Notes: generated by a model not told the origin, from the letters alone. Shown: positions 9,207 to 19,730, counted from the stretch's first letter. The stretch is 42,279 nt of DNA from Candidatus Bathyarchaeia archaeon (GCA_049512935.1 JBEKWR010000016.1:1-42279); one strand, 5' to 3'. Numbers and translations are program-made.

Positions 9207-10549
9207 TGGTTGACTCTCCGAGCAATTGAGCCGCTGCCCGGCTTTGCAACTATTTCTCCTTCGTCAAAGACTAGCAAGCCGTTAACGTATGTTTTCACTG
9301 GTTTGCCCTGCACTTCCCACCCGTCATACGGGGAAAATTTGGCTTTAGACTTGAACTTTGAAGCGTCAATCTTAAATTTACTGTTAAAATCCACAACCGT
9401 CAAATCCGCGTTTTTACCATACTCCAAGCGACCCCGATCTTTCAAACTGTAGATTTCCGCGGGTTTCTCGGCGAGAAGCGAAACCGCTTGGTTTATGGAT
9501 AAACGGTTCTTTCTAACCTGCGTCAATATGAGAGGCAGAGTCGTTTCCAGACCTGGAACCCCGATTTTGACGTCCCAAACGCTGCTCGCAGACTTTTCGC
9601 TTAAAGCGTGCGGCGCATGGTCGGAGCCTAAAGCGTCAACCCAGCCCTGCTCCAAGCCTTTCCATAAAGCGTCAACTTGGTCCTTGCTGCGAATCGGAGG
9701 CGCCATAATCGCCAGTTGCCCGTAACGTTCCAGATCAGCCGTTGATAGCAGAAGATGGTTAGCGGTAACTTCGCAGGTTACTTGTCTTCCCGTTTTTCTT
9801 GCCTCTGAGATGGCGTTTAAGCCTTTTTCTGTTGACACATGGCAGAAATGCAAGTGAACATCCGTTCGGGCACTTATTTTCAGCAGGCGTTCAACGGCTT
9901 TCACTTCGACCTCTTCGGAATGTGCCTGTTGAAAAGCCGTGGTGCCGCTTTTTTTGGCTTGCCTGAGTTTTTCCTCGTTTGCTGCAAGCAAGGCTCTGTC
10001 TTCAGCGTGCAAAGCCACGGGCACGTTCAACGGTGCCACCTCCGTGAAGGCGTCAAGCAACTCCTCATCTTCGTCGATGTTTAGTCCCCCGATCTGGGAG
10101 CCCATGAAAAGCTTAAAGCCAACTGCACCTTCAGAAACGATGTCTTGGGTTTCAGCGATTTTCTTGGGGAATTCCGAGTAGAACCCAACGTTAACCAGAA
10201 TCCTTCTCTGAGCCAACGCTATTCGATCTCTAAGCGTGACGGCGCTCATCGTGACGGGTTCGTTGTTGGGCATGTCCAAGACGGTGGCGAAGCCTCCTGC
10301 GGCTGCGGCGGCGGTTCCCGTTTGGAAATCTTCCTTGTAGGCTTTCCCCTCGTCTCGAAGGTGCACGTGCTCGTCTATCAAGCCGGGCAGCACGAGCAGG
10401 CTCTTAAGGTTGGTTTTTTCGTCGGCGCTTGGCATCTGGGTTTCTTTTCCGATCTTGAAGATTTTGCCTTCTTCAACTGCGATGCTGCAGTCAACGATTT
10501 GCCCGTTGAGGTAGGCTTTGGCGTTTGTGAGGACAGAATCAACGATCAC
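9203..10549 (-). CDS. pyrC: Dihydroorotase family cyclic amidohydrolase
   Basis: PGLIDEHVHLRD, DMPNN, HFCHVST, GSDHAPH, SKAKFSPYDG. Allantoinase-type specificity not excluded. Confidence 0.85.
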   Translation of the reverse strand: MIVDSVLTNAKAYLNGQIVDCSIAVEEGKIFKIGKETQMPSADEKTNLKSLLVLPGLIDEHVHLRDEGKAYKEDFQTGTAAAAAGGFATVLDMPNNEPVTMSAVTLRDRIALAQRRILVNVGFYSEFPKKIAETQDIVSEGAVGFKLFMGSQIGGLNIDEDEELLDAFTEVAPLNVPVALHAEDRALLAANEEKLRQAKKSGTTAFQQAHSEEVEVKAVERLLKISARTDVHLHFCHVSTEKGLNAISEARKTGRQVTCEVTANHLLLSTADLERYGQLAIMAPPIRSKDQVDALWKGLEQGWVDALGSDHAPHALSEKSASSVWDVKIGVPGLETTLPLILTQVRKNRLSINQAVSLLAEKPAEIYSLKDRGRLEYGKNADLTVVDFNSKFKIDASKFKSKAKFSPYDGWEVQGKPVKTYVNGLLVFDEGEIVAKPGSGSIARRVNQ

Positions 10550-11067
10550 TTCAGTTCACGGTTTATTGATTAGCGGCTGGTTAGGTTAAAAGTTTATCTT
10601 AGCCAGTCTGGGATAAGAGAAAGAAAACGATGGTTGACCCGCAAATGGTTCGGCGTTTGAAAAAGTCTGGTTTCAAGAGAGCGCTGGTTGTTGTTGATGT
10701 TGTTGATGATACAGTTGTTTTCACTCTGCCCCAAAAAGACCAGAGTGTAACTGTCAAAGGAAGCAAAACCCTTAACTTTTCTGACGCCGAGTTAATTGCA
10801 CATGAAAGGGGAATGACGATTTTTTCACGAAAGCAGGATGACGTGTTCTCAAAACTGTTTCTTTTTATTTTAAGGCTGGCTGTTTACTCAAAATCTACGT
10901 TCTTGACCATGACAGCCCTTTCTTTGTTCGGTTTAATCCACGGTGTCGCATGTGTTCCAAGAAAAAGAGCAAGCGCAGTGAAAAGCCTCCTGCGTTACGG
11001 CGTTGCGGTGCTCCAGCACGCGTTAGGCGCATCAGCCCACAGCTCGCTGTGAGGATAATTGGCGAGT

Positions 11068-11646
11068 TTACTTTTCTTGTTCCAACTCTACGCGGCATTC
11101 GTCGCAGATGTTTTGTCCGTTACGTTCTTTGAGGCTTTCAGAGTAAACGTTGCAGCGGTCACAGTACCCTGAAAGAGGAGTTTCTTCAGACTCATCCGCT
11201 CTTGAAGCGCCTTCAATGCGTGACCTCTCCTGAATGATCTCGATGAGTTCAGGCATTACGCCTAAAACGTCTTTGGCAGTGATTATGCCGACGAGGTTGC
11301 CCCTGTAGATAACGCCGAGCCTCCTAATGTCAAGCCTGTTCATTCTTCTCGCCGCTTCACTTATGGTCGCTTCAGGTTCAATGGTGACCAGGGGAGTCGT
11401 CATGATTTCCTCGACCTTCACAGTGTCAGGCTTTAGGTTTTTAGCTAAAACCCTAACGACCAAGTCCCGCTCCGTGATTATTCCGATCGATTTGCCAGCT
11501 TTGTTGGTGACTATTACGCAGCCTAAATCGTTCTTGTCCATGGCGGCGGCAGCTAGGTCAGAAGTGGAAGTTTCATCCATAGTTACCACGGGGCTGCTCA
11601 TCACGTCTCGCACTAGCATCTTTGTTCTCAATCCGATTTCAGACAT
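11068..11646 (-). CDS. CBS-domain pair protein with C-terminal Zn-binding motif
   Basis: VRDVMSSPVVT, GIITERDL, IMTTPLVTI; GYCDRC...ICDEC. Start placed at MSEIG (11646). Confidence 0.9.
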   Translation of the reverse strand: MSEIGLRTKMLVRDVMSSPVVTMDETSTSDLAAAAMDKNDLGCVIVTNKAGKSIGIITERDLVVRVLAKNLKPDTVKVEEIMTTPLVTIEPEATISEAARRMNRLDIRRLGVIYRGNLVGIITAKDVLGVMPELIEIIQERSRIEGASRADESEETPLSGYCDRCNVYSESLKERNGQNICDECRVELEQEK

Positions 11647-11800
11647 TGAAAGTTCACTTCGAACAATTATTAGGAGACTTAACTCCAATGCAACAATAAA
11701 GAAACGCATAATTTAAGATTTGCTTAGACAAGAATCTGCGCCCGTGAAGTTTTATTAGACTCTTTACCGTTAGGACAATATGCCCAACGGAGAACTATTT

Positions 11801-12688
11801 ATGCTGACGACAAACGCTGAAAAACTCATAAAAATGTCAGTTATGGGCGAAATAGCCAGCCCAACCATCAGGTCAGTCTACAACGTTTCTGCAACGGGGC
11901 AGCCGCTAGTGTTGCCAGGTGTAGGCGGCATAACCTACAACCTGAGGGTCGGGGATCCAGCGTGCGATTGGGAAGCTGACCATGTGGAGCCAGGGGTTAG
12001 CGTGGAAAACAAGGAAAACGATGCGCGGTCTGGACAGGCTGCTAACACCGCTTTCAACGTGCTGTCATGTATCGGGAACACCGCGACAGTGGCTAATGGC
12101 GACGCTAAAGGCGCTATGGGAACCGTAACGGGCAAGCATGGCGGAATCGAGCATGTGCTCGTTGATTTTCCCTCAGGGATTCTGGAAAAGCTTCTGATAG
12201 GCGACAGGATTCTTGTGAAGGCTTTCGGCGTGGGCTTAAAACTGCTTGACTTTCCAGAAATTAAAGTCCTGAATATGGACCCAGCTTTGCTTGAGGTTTG
12301 GGATCCGCAGCCAAGGGGGGACAAGCTTGAGGTGCCTGTCACACATGTTGTTCCAGCAGCCATAATGGGTTCAGGCTTGGGCGCAAACCAGGTTAACTCG
12401 GGAGACTACGACATTCAACTGTTCGACAAAGCGGTTGTTGACCAATACGGGCTGGAAAGCTTAAGGCTTGGCGACCTGGTAGCCATCGTTGACGCTGACC
12501 ACTCGTTTGGAAGAATATACCGCCAAGGCGCAATGTCGGTTGGCGTAGTCATCCATTCTAACTGTGTTACCGCTGGCCATGGACCTGGAGTTACAACTTT
12601 GATGACGTCGCCTGAAGGAAGAATTGTTCCGCTCATCAAACGGGAAGCAAACATTGCTTCTCTGTTAAAGTTAAGGGCAGATATATAA
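11801..12688 (+). CDS. DUF4438 (TM1086-like) protein
   Basis: PGVGGITYN, ADHVEPGVS, GKHGGIEHV, GDYDIQL, HSNCVTAGHGPGVT; GGAGA SD before ATG 11801. Confidence 0.8.
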   Translation: MLTTNAEKLIKMSVMGEIASPTIRSVYNVSATGQPLVLPGVGGITYNLRVGDPACDWEADHVEPGVSVENKENDARSGQAANTAFNVLSCIGNTATVANGDAKGAMGTVTGKHGGIEHVLVDFPSGILEKLLIGDRILVKAFGVGLKLLDFPEIKVLNMDPALLEVWDPQPRGDKLEVPVTHVVPAAIMGSGLGANQVNSGDYDIQLFDKAVVDQYGLESLRLGDLVAIVDADHSFGRIYRQGAMSVGVVIHSNCVTAGHGPGVTTLMTSPEGRIVPLIKREANIASLLKLRADI

Positions 12689-12739
12689 GATAGATTAAAG
12701 CATAAGTTGGAAAATAGAAGAGAAAGAGGTTAAAAATAA

Positions 12740-13030
12740 TTGCCATCTAAGCGAAAAAGCCGAGGAAGATCAAAAGGAAGCAAAGGAAGCAGCAGCCTTG
12801 TTCAATGCGCTAATTGTGGGGCAATGGTGCCGCGTGATAAGGCAAAGAGGTCTACTCGCCGTGTGTCGTTTGTTGAGCCGCAGTTAGCTAAGGAGCTTAG
12901 GCAAAAAGGCACGTTTCTTGCTTCATGGGTGGACACGAAATACTACTGCATATCATGTGCTGTTCACCGTGGAATAGTTAACGTTAGAGCCGAAAGCGAG
13001 CGCCACTCACGAGCCCGAAGAAGATACTAA
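12740..13030 (+). CDS. rps26e: 30S ribosomal protein S26e
   Basis: MPSKRKSRGRSKG, CANCGAMVPRDKA, YCISCAVHRGIV. Confidence 0.97.
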   Translation: MPSKRKSRGRSKGSKGSSSLVQCANCGAMVPRDKAKRSTRRVSFVEPQLAKELRQKGTFLASWVDTKYYCISCAVHRGIVNVRAESERHSRARRRY

Positions 13031-13662
13031 ACAACTGATACTACTTTTTTCTTTAATTCCTTGTAAACGTAAAGTGCTCTTTGTACAACTGTAAAGTTTG
13101 AAAGCACCGCCAGTAAGGCTACGCCATAACCCAAGGCGGGCAGCCAGAAAAACGCAACCACGCTGACCACAGCCAGAATTAGCATGCGTTCTGCCCGTTC
13201 AGCCAGACCTACCGACTCCATTTTTAACCCTGCAGCTTCAGCTCTTGCTCTGCTGTAACTTACCAACAAAGAACCTGCTAGAGCCGCCAAGGCCCAAACG
13301 GGACCCCAAAATACGCCCCAAGCGGGGTTACAGAGCCCAGCGATTATTATGGCGGCAAAAACTATTGCATCCGCGTACCTGTCGAGGACAGAGTCGAAGA
13401 AGCCGCCGAAAACAGTTACTTGCTGGAAGGTTCTGGCTATGATTCCGTCAAGCGTGTCGCAGAATCCTGAAGCCAAAAGAAACGCCGTCGCTAAGAGTAA
13501 AAGCCAACGGTGAGTTGAAGCTAGCCCGTATGAGACCGCTGAGGCGAAAGCGAGAATGAACCCGATTAGGCTTACTTTGTTAGGGGTTAAACCTATTTTA
13601 TGCGCCGCTTGAGCCTGCGAAGTTAGCATTTGCTGAATTTGCTTCTTGAGTTTCGTTAGCAA
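13027..13662 (-). CDS. CDP-alcohol phosphatidyltransferase (archaetidylinositol phosphate synthase-like)
   Basis: TPNKVS; DTLDGIIAR...GGFFDSVLDRYAD signature; SYSRARAE. Confidence 0.9.
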   Translation of the reverse strand: MLTKLKKQIQQMLTSQAQAAHKIGLTPNKVSLIGFILAFASAVSYGLASTHRWLLLLATAFLLASGFCDTLDGIIARTFQQVTVFGGFFDSVLDRYADAIVFAAIIIAGLCNPAWGVFWGPVWALAALAGSLLVSYSRARAEAAGLKMESVGLAERAERMLILAVVSVVAFFWLPALGYGVALLAVLSNFTVVQRALYVYKELKKKVVSVV

Positions 13663-13903
13663 GGGTAATTCTCAACTTTGTAATGGTGTTAAAGCTCATT
13701 ATGGGGTAGGTGTAGAAAAGCCTTCCCGTTAAGCGGCGGCAAAAACTGACCTTGTATCATTTTTTGCTTGATTAAGCGTCTATTCAATGGACTTATAAGG
13801 AAGTAATCGTAATTAGTTGGGAAGTAACGTTTCCATTGCAAAGCAACCGCTAAGCAACAGTAACGTTACACATGGGCAAACAACAAAAAAGGAGTAAAAG
13901 AAA

Positions 13904-14191
13904 ATGACTGAAAACGCAGATGTTATCTTTGTGGGAAACAAACCTCCAATGAGCTATGTTCTGGCAATCATAACAAGCCTATCCCAAAGCAACCTGAAAG
14001 AAATCACACTGAAAGCACGAGGCCAAGCCATAACCACCGCTGTTGACGTCGCTGAGATCACAAGAAACCGTTTCGTCAAAGACCTTAAAGTAACAAAGAT
14101 CGCCATTGGAACAGTCGAGATGCCGCCACGTGAGGGAGAAAGCAAGTCCAGAATGGTTTCCACAATGGAGATAACGCTAAGCAAAAAGTAA
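13904..14191 (+). CDS. albA: DNA/RNA-binding protein Alba
   Basis: IFVGNKPPMSYV, LKARGQAITTAVDVAE, VSTMEITL. Confidence 0.95.
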   Translation: MTENADVIFVGNKPPMSYVLAIITSLSQSNLKEITLKARGQAITTAVDVAEITRNRFVKDLKVTKIAIGTVEMPPREGESKSRMVSTMEITLSKK

Positions 14192-14315
14192 AACTGGACG
14201 CGCAAACAAGAAACCAAATTCAAATCTTCTTCCATTTTTTGGTTAACAATCTTACTTTTTGAAAAATCTAAAATGTGAGAAACCGTTCTAAGTTTACCCT
14301 TCCACAAGAGTGTCT

Positions 14316-15884
14316 CTAGTTTGACTCGTTTGTTTCTGCATTAGAATCTGGTTCTTTTGATTCCTCTTTTTTCTGTTCACGTTTGGATGGCTTCGGCAGA
14401 CGCGAAAACAGAATGGCTGCTCTTGCCCGAATTATCTTTCTGGTTTCAAGAGTTACAGGAGATTTTGCGATCAAACTGTCCAGTTCCCTTTTGCTTTCTT
14501 CGAGTCTTTCAGTGAATTCTTGATTGGAAATTTTTCCTTCTGACCTCAACCTGTGAGCCTCTTCAATGACTGAGGATATACGCACGAATTGCTCGTCAAG
14601 CTCGGTTTTCTTGAAGGCTTCAGATTCAGGCATTTCTCTCTTGGCGTAGCGAAACAGGAGAGGCACCTGAACCATGATTGAAATGAAGGCGACTCCGAAC
14701 ACCATGGTGTTTATGGTGTGAAGGTCCTTTTCCGATATGAGAGCCGAGGTTGTGATGGTTGCTGCAAGCGCGATTGAAAGGGCGCCTCTTACACCGCTCA
14801 ACATAGCTATGTTGCTCCAAACAGATCTCATTTTTCCGCTTATTTTTCTGTAGAAAGCAAGTATCGGGTAAACCGTCGCAGCTCTAGAAACTGTTACCGC
14901 GGCAAACGCCACCAGAATTATGACTATCGATTGGGGAAAAGTTACGATGTTTGCTTCGAAGCCGATAAGGAGAAAAGCCGCTGAGTTACCTATGAACGCG
15001 GCGATCTGCCAAAAAATCGCAACTGCTTCCTTCGTTGCAGGCTCCATTGCGGTTCGAACGGTAAAGTTACCAAAGTATAATCCCGCAACGGCAACCGCGA
15101 TGAGTCCAGAGGCGCCGATTCCAGAAGCAAACGCGAAGGACCCGTACACAACTGCGATTGTCAGAATGGTTTCCGCAACTCTGTCCTCGATTAAGCTTGA
15201 AAGGATCTCTCCTGCAAAAGCAACGCCCAGCCCGATTAAAACCCCAGCGCCAAGCGTAAACCCGAAACCCAGCAGTGAACTGGTGACGTTTATTTTTTGA
15301 AGCCCTATTGATGAAAGTATTATGGTGAAAACTATGATGGCTGTTGCATCGTTGAAGGTTGCCTCAGTGTCCAATAGGGTTGATAGCTTCGATGGAACCC
15401 TAACGTGCCGAAAAACTTCCAGCACTGTTACGACGTCCGTCGGTGCAATTAGAGCCGCAAACAAAAACGAAACATAAATGGATAGACCAATGATTTGCCA
15501 CAAGATCAGACCCGTAACAACAGTTGCTATCAGAACACCAATTGTGGCAAGGACTAATGAGGGCTTAATTACACTTCTCAAATCACTGCCACGGATATGA
15601 ATCATGGCTTCAAAAATGAGTGGAGGAACGATGAGACCAACGTAGAGACCACCTCCGCCGCCTTGGATTAACAAGCCATAAATGGACCGAATCTGCACAG
15701 TTACGTTCTGCATCAGCCCTTGAATCGGGCTTCCGTGAAGCGACAATAAGCCTACAATTACAGTGATTAAGACGCCTGTAAGAACCAAAACCAAAGTGTA
15801 AGGAGCCTTAACTCGCCTTGAAATAAGCGCGGCTACGAAAGTCAAAAGTAAGAATGCTGAAAGGACCAGTTCTATGCTTGCCAT
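14316..15884 (-). CDS. Na+/H+ antiporter, CPA1 family
   Basis: Many TM segments; LIAPTDVVTV, EATFNDATAI, SGVRGALSIALA. Confidence 0.9.
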   Translation of the reverse strand: MASIELVLSAFLLLTFVAALISRRVKAPYTLVLVLTGVLITVIVGLLSLHGSPIQGLMQNVTVQIRSIYGLLIQGGGGGLYVGLIVPPLIFEAMIHIRGSDLRSVIKPSLVLATIGVLIATVVTGLILWQIIGLSIYVSFLFAALIAPTDVVTVLEVFRHVRVPSKLSTLLDTEATFNDATAIIVFTIILSSIGLQKINVTSSLLGFGFTLGAGVLIGLGVAFAGEILSSLIEDRVAETILTIAVVYGSFAFASGIGASGLIAVAVAGLYFGNFTVRTAMEPATKEAVAIFWQIAAFIGNSAAFLLIGFEANIVTFPQSIVIILVAFAAVTVSRAATVYPILAFYRKISGKMRSVWSNIAMLSGVRGALSIALAATITTSALISEKDLHTINTMVFGVAFISIMVQVPLLFRYAKREMPESEAFKKTELDEQFVRISSVIEEAHRLRSEGKISNQEFTERLEESKRELDSLIAKSPVTLETRKIIRARAAILFSRLPKPSKREQKKEESKEPDSNAETNESN

Positions 15885-16057
15885 TGAATGCTTTCACCGT
15901 CAGCGCTAAGCAATTTGGGAGTTAAGTCTTTTTGTTGTTGGGGCTTAATCAATCTCTCGCTTTGATATCCCCCATGAATATCCGTTTTAGGCTTTCTTTT
16001 GGCATCGCAAGGTTAAATAGCTGAATTCCTTAAGTTAGGAATTTGCGTGTGAAGTCA

Positions 16058-17347
16058 ATGTTAGATATCAAGCTTATCCGAGAAAGCCCTGAACTCGTAA
16101 AAAACAATCTTGCAAAACGCGGCAACCCCGAATGCACACAGATGCTAGACGACTTAATCGTTGTTGATAAGGAATGGCGACTAAACCTAACAAAACTAAA
16201 CGATTTGCGTCACCAGCGAAAACTGGTAACTATAGAAATCGCTAAACTGAAAAAGGCGGGCAAGGAAGCGGACGATGAAGTTTATAGGGCGCAGGATATT
16301 GATGAAAAAATCGGGAACATCGAAAAGCAGGTCACACAGCAAGAACTGAAGACTCATGACTACCTCATGCGATTGCCAAACCTGCTAGATGACAGCGTCC
16401 CGTTTGGCAAAGACGACAAAGACAACGTAGAGGTTAAAAGTTGGGGGACAATTCCAAATTTTGCTTTTCCTGTAAAGAACCATATTGATCTGGCTTTGAC
16501 GTTAGACCAGATTGACATGGAGAGAGCGGGGAAAATTTCTGGAGCAAGGTTCTTCTACCTCAAAAACGAGGTCGCAATGTTGGACATGGCTTTGATGAGC
16601 TTCGCCATAGAAGAACTGGCGAAAAAGGGTTACACCCCGGTGATACCGCCTTACTTGATGAAGCGGGAAGCCTACGAGGGAGTAACAGCATTAGCCGACT
16701 TCGCTGATGTTCTCTACAAGGCTGAAAACGAAGACCTCTACTTAATCGCCACTTCCGAGCATCCGATGGCTGCAATGTACATGGACGAAGTGCTCAAGGA
16801 ACAAGAGATGCCCATAAAACTCGCTGGAATAAGCACCTGCTTCAGAAAGGAAGCGGGAGCCCACGGCAAAGACACAAGAGGGATTTTCCGCACTCACCAG
16901 TTTAACAAAATCGAGCAGTTCATCTTCTGCAAGCCGGAAGACTCAGCCAAGCTGCATGAGGAACTGCTTATGAACGCCGAGGACCTGCTTCAGAAGCTTG
17001 AGTTACCCTACCGTGTCGTCAACGTTTGCACGGGCGACATCGGAACCGTCGCAGCCAAGAAATACGATATTGAAGCTTGGATGCCGGCGCAAAACGGTTA
17101 CCGAGAGGTTGTTTCATGCAGCAACTGCACAGATTACCAAGCCAGACGCTTAGGCATCCGTTACCGAGAAAAAGAAGGCGCCGCACCGAAAGGGTTTGTT
17201 CACACGTTAAACTCGACGGCTATAGCCACGGGCAGAACCATAGTTGCGGTGCTGGAGAACAACCAGCAAGAAGACGGTACCATAATGATTCCCAGCGTCT
17301 TGCGTAAATACATGGGTGGCAGAGAAAAAATAGTCAAAAAACCATAA
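16058..17347 (+). CDS. serS: Serine--tRNA ligase
   Basis: MLDIKLIRE, LIATSEHP, CFRKEAGAHGKDTRGIFRTHQFNKIEQF, SCSNCTDYQARRL. Confidence 0.98.
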   Translation: MLDIKLIRESPELVKNNLAKRGNPECTQMLDDLIVVDKEWRLNLTKLNDLRHQRKLVTIEIAKLKKAGKEADDEVYRAQDIDEKIGNIEKQVTQQELKTHDYLMRLPNLLDDSVPFGKDDKDNVEVKSWGTIPNFAFPVKNHIDLALTLDQIDMERAGKISGARFFYLKNEVAMLDMALMSFAIEELAKKGYTPVIPPYLMKREAYEGVTALADFADVLYKAENEDLYLIATSEHPMAAMYMDEVLKEQEMPIKLAGISTCFRKEAGAHGKDTRGIFRTHQFNKIEQFIFCKPEDSAKLHEELLMNAEDLLQKLELPYRVVNVCTGDIGTVAAKKYDIEAWMPAQNGYREVVSCSNCTDYQARRLGIRYREKEGAAPKGFVHTLNSTAIATGRTIVAVLENNQQEDGTIMIPSVLRKYMGGREKIVKKP

Positions 17348-17397
17348 AGCTTTTAATATTTCTATGAGAATCTTTGTGCGCGTTTGGAGAAATATCT

Positions 17398-18048
17398 TTG
17401 TCTTCAAAAACTAAACATGTTCGTGACAAGTGGCGTGGGAAAGGATGGTACATGGTTATTGCGCCGTCCTTCTTTGGAAACATCGAGTTAGGTTCCATTC
17501 CAGCTGAAGAACCTGAAAAGCTTATTGGAAGAGTTGTTGAAGCCACACTGTACGATATAACGGGCGATTTTTCGCATCACTACTTGAAAATGTTCTTCCA
17601 AGTTAACGAGATCGACGCGAAAACCGCTAAGACACTGTTTAAAGGTCATGAATACTCAAGGGATTACCTTCGAAGCCTAGTGAGAAGAAGAACCACCAAG
17701 GTTGACTCGTTGATCAACCTGACCACCAAAGACGGGTACAAACTTAGAATTGCGGTTTCAGCGTTGACGCTTTCAAGGATAAAAACGTCCCAGGAAAAGA
17801 TAATCCGCAAGATAATGGACAAAACAATCCATGAAAAAGCCGACGCGTTATCGCTTGACCAGTTCGTTCAAGAAATGGTTCTCGGCAAAATCGCTTCAGA
17901 CATATACAACCAAGCTAAAGAAGTTGCACCGCTTAGGCATGTTGGCATAAGAAAGTCCAAGCTTATAGGGCAGCCTGAAAGTCAGCCGAAAACGCAGGAA
18001 GTCAAAGCGGAGCCAGAGGCGCCTCAAGTAGCGGAAGCTGAGGCATAA
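17398..18048 (+). CDS. rps3ae: 30S ribosomal protein S3ae (eS1)
   Basis: RDKWRGKGWY, LIGRVVEATLYDITGD, RDYLRSLVRR; GGAGA SD before TTG 17398. Confidence 0.96.
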   Translation: MSSKTKHVRDKWRGKGWYMVIAPSFFGNIELGSIPAEEPEKLIGRVVEATLYDITGDFSHHYLKMFFQVNEIDAKTAKTLFKGHEYSRDYLRSLVRRRTTKVDSLINLTTKDGYKLRIAVSALTLSRIKTSQEKIIRKIMDKTIHEKADALSLDQFVQEMVLGKIASDIYNQAKEVAPLRHVGIRKSKLIGQPESQPKTQEVKAEPEAPQVAEAEA

Positions 18049-18333
18049 GCACCCTTATTTTCAAACTTGTTTTAGCGGCAGTTCCGTAAGTCGCTTGACC
18101 CGCTTTATTGAGTTCTGAGAGCAATTGCGGGTTTCTTCTATTCGAAGCGTGCATCAACGAAGCGTAAATGCGTTCCATAAATGCAATTTTGACCCATAGC
18201 GGCGACGAGTCTACACACGCAAATTGTGTTATGTCGCCTACAGCCAAGAGCCCCTGCGGAAGCTTTTTAGGGCAAAATACTTTAGAGGCGGCAGACTAAA
18301 AAATTCCCAAACAGATCTTAAGGAGCATTGTTC

Positions 18334-18792
18334 TTGTCAGTTAAGGCAGGAGTTCATGAAAAAGGAACCTTCACCGTCCAAGACGCCCTCGACAACATCA
18401 GAAAAGACCCCAACTTCCACAAAGCTGGAGCCATAGGGCTATTTATCGGGGTGGTACGGGGTGAAACTTTCGAGGGACAAAACGTTGAGAAACTTCATCT
18501 TGAAGCCTACGAGGAAAAAGCCAACCAAGTCTTGGGGAAAATATGCGATGATTTAACCCGGAAGCCTGGAGTATTTAACGTTCAAATCCACCATTTGCTG
18601 GGCGAATTCAACGTTGGCGACGATTTGGTTTACGTTGCTGTTGCTGGTTCCCATCGACCAGAAGTGTTCACGGCACTCCGGGAAGCCGTTGAGAGGTACA
18701 AGAGCGAAGCACCAATCTTTAAGAAGGAACGAGCGGTCGACGAAAAAGGCTCCTCCGCCGAGTACTGGGTCTCTGAAAAACGCAGCCATTGA
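18334..18792 (+). CDS. moaE: Molybdopterin synthase catalytic subunit MoaE
   Basis: GAIGLFIGVVR, LEAYEEKA, AGSHRPEVF, KSEAPIFKKE; AAGGAG SD before TTG 18334 (18328 also possible). Confidence 0.9.
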   Translation: MSVKAGVHEKGTFTVQDALDNIRKDPNFHKAGAIGLFIGVVRGETFEGQNVEKLHLEAYEEKANQVLGKICDDLTRKPGVFNVQIHHLLGEFNVGDDLVYVAVAGSHRPEVFTALREAVERYKSEAPIFKKERAVDEKGSSAEYWVSEKRSH

Positions 18793-18812
18793 CTTGACGA
18801 TGAGGAAGGGTC

Positions 18813-19730
18813 ATGATTACAGCTTTGGCAGGCGGAGTCGGCGCGGCAAGATTCCTAACTGGGCTAACTAAGATTGTGAAGGAGGAAGACTTGTCGGTGA
18901 TTGTAAACACTGGGGACGACATGGACATGTTTGGTTTACACATTTCTCCAGACATCGACATAGTGTCGTACACTTTAGCGGGAGTTGTTGATGAAGAGAA
19001 AGGCTGGGGGATACGAAACGACACCTTCCAATGCCTCGAAAATCTCAGGAAAATGGGCTTGGAAACGTGGTTCAGCATAGGCGACAGAGATTTCGCAACT
19101 CACATTTTTAGGACAGACTTGTTACGCAAGGGCTACACGCTTTCAGAAGTGACCAAGGAAATCTGCAGGCGCTTAGGACTCAAAGTTGACGTAGTGCCGA
19201 TGACGGACGATAAATTTGAGACGTGGATAAAAATCGAAGAAGGATTAGTTCATTTTGAAGAGTACTTCGTGAAGAGGCAAGCAAGAGACGAGGTCTTAGG
19301 CGTTAAGTTCGTCGGCTCCGCCACCGCGAAACCCGCACTTAAAGCCGTTAGCTCAATCTTGAACGCGGAAATGATCATTATTTGCCCCAGCAACCCGATA
19401 GTTAGCATTGGCAGCATTCTGTCGGTTAACGGCGTCAGAGACGCCTTGAAGAAGACAAACGCCAAAATCGTCGGGGTAAGCCCGATAGTTGCCGGCGCAC
19501 CCATCAAGGGTCCAGCGGACAAACTTTTGCGCGGTTTAGGCTTGGAGGTTTCGGCGTTTTCGGTTGCGAAGCTTTACTCAGAATTTCTTGATTCTTTCGT
19601 GATCGACGTTAAAGACGCCGACGAAAAGAGTCGGATTGAGCAGCTTGGAATCGACGTGAAAGTGACGGATACGGTGATGAACAAGCTGGAAGACAAGGTC
19701 AGGTTGGCGAAGGCTGTTCTGGAAAACTGA
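18813..19730 (+). CDS. cofD: 2-phospho-L-lactate transferase (F420 biosynthesis)
   Basis: LAGGVGAARF, VNTGDD, SPDIDIV, GDRDFATH, PSNPIVSI, GPADKL. Confidence 0.95.
   Translation: MITALAGGVGAARFLTGLTKIVKEEDLSVIVNTGDDMDMFGLHISPDIDIVSYTLAGVVDEEKGWGIRNDTFQCLENLRKMGLETWFSIGDRDFATHIFRTDLLRKGYTLSEVTKEICRRLGLKVDVVPMTDDKFETWIKIEEGLVHFEEYFVKRQARDEVLGVKFVGSATAKPALKAVSSILNAEMIIICPSNPIVSIGSILSVNGVRDALKKTNAKIVGVSPIVAGAPIKGPADKLLRGLGLEVSAFSVAKLYSEFLDSFVIDVKDADEKSRIEQLGIDVKVTDTVMNKLEDKVRLAKAVLEN

Noticed and set aside
10630-11052. 140-aa ORF
   Set aside because: No SD, low-complexity VVVDVVDD from the GTT/GAT tract, no family motif; treated as non-coding, though not strictly excluded.
11010-11070. Fluoride-riboswitch-like GCTGATG-CGCCT on the minus strand
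   Set aside because: The 5' GGNGATGR...TCNCC half needed for the pseudoknot is missing.
16024-16043. Short palindromes near promoters (AATTCCT-N6-AGGAATT at serS; GTAACGTTAC at 13860; TAACTG-N3-CAGTTA at 1882)
   Set aside because: Single short sites with no recurring motif or candidate regulator; too weak to call.
18002-18247. 81-aa minus-strand ORF, checked as a possible Pcc1 beside rps3ae
   Set aside because: No resemblance to Pcc1 and it overlaps the rps3ae 3' end.
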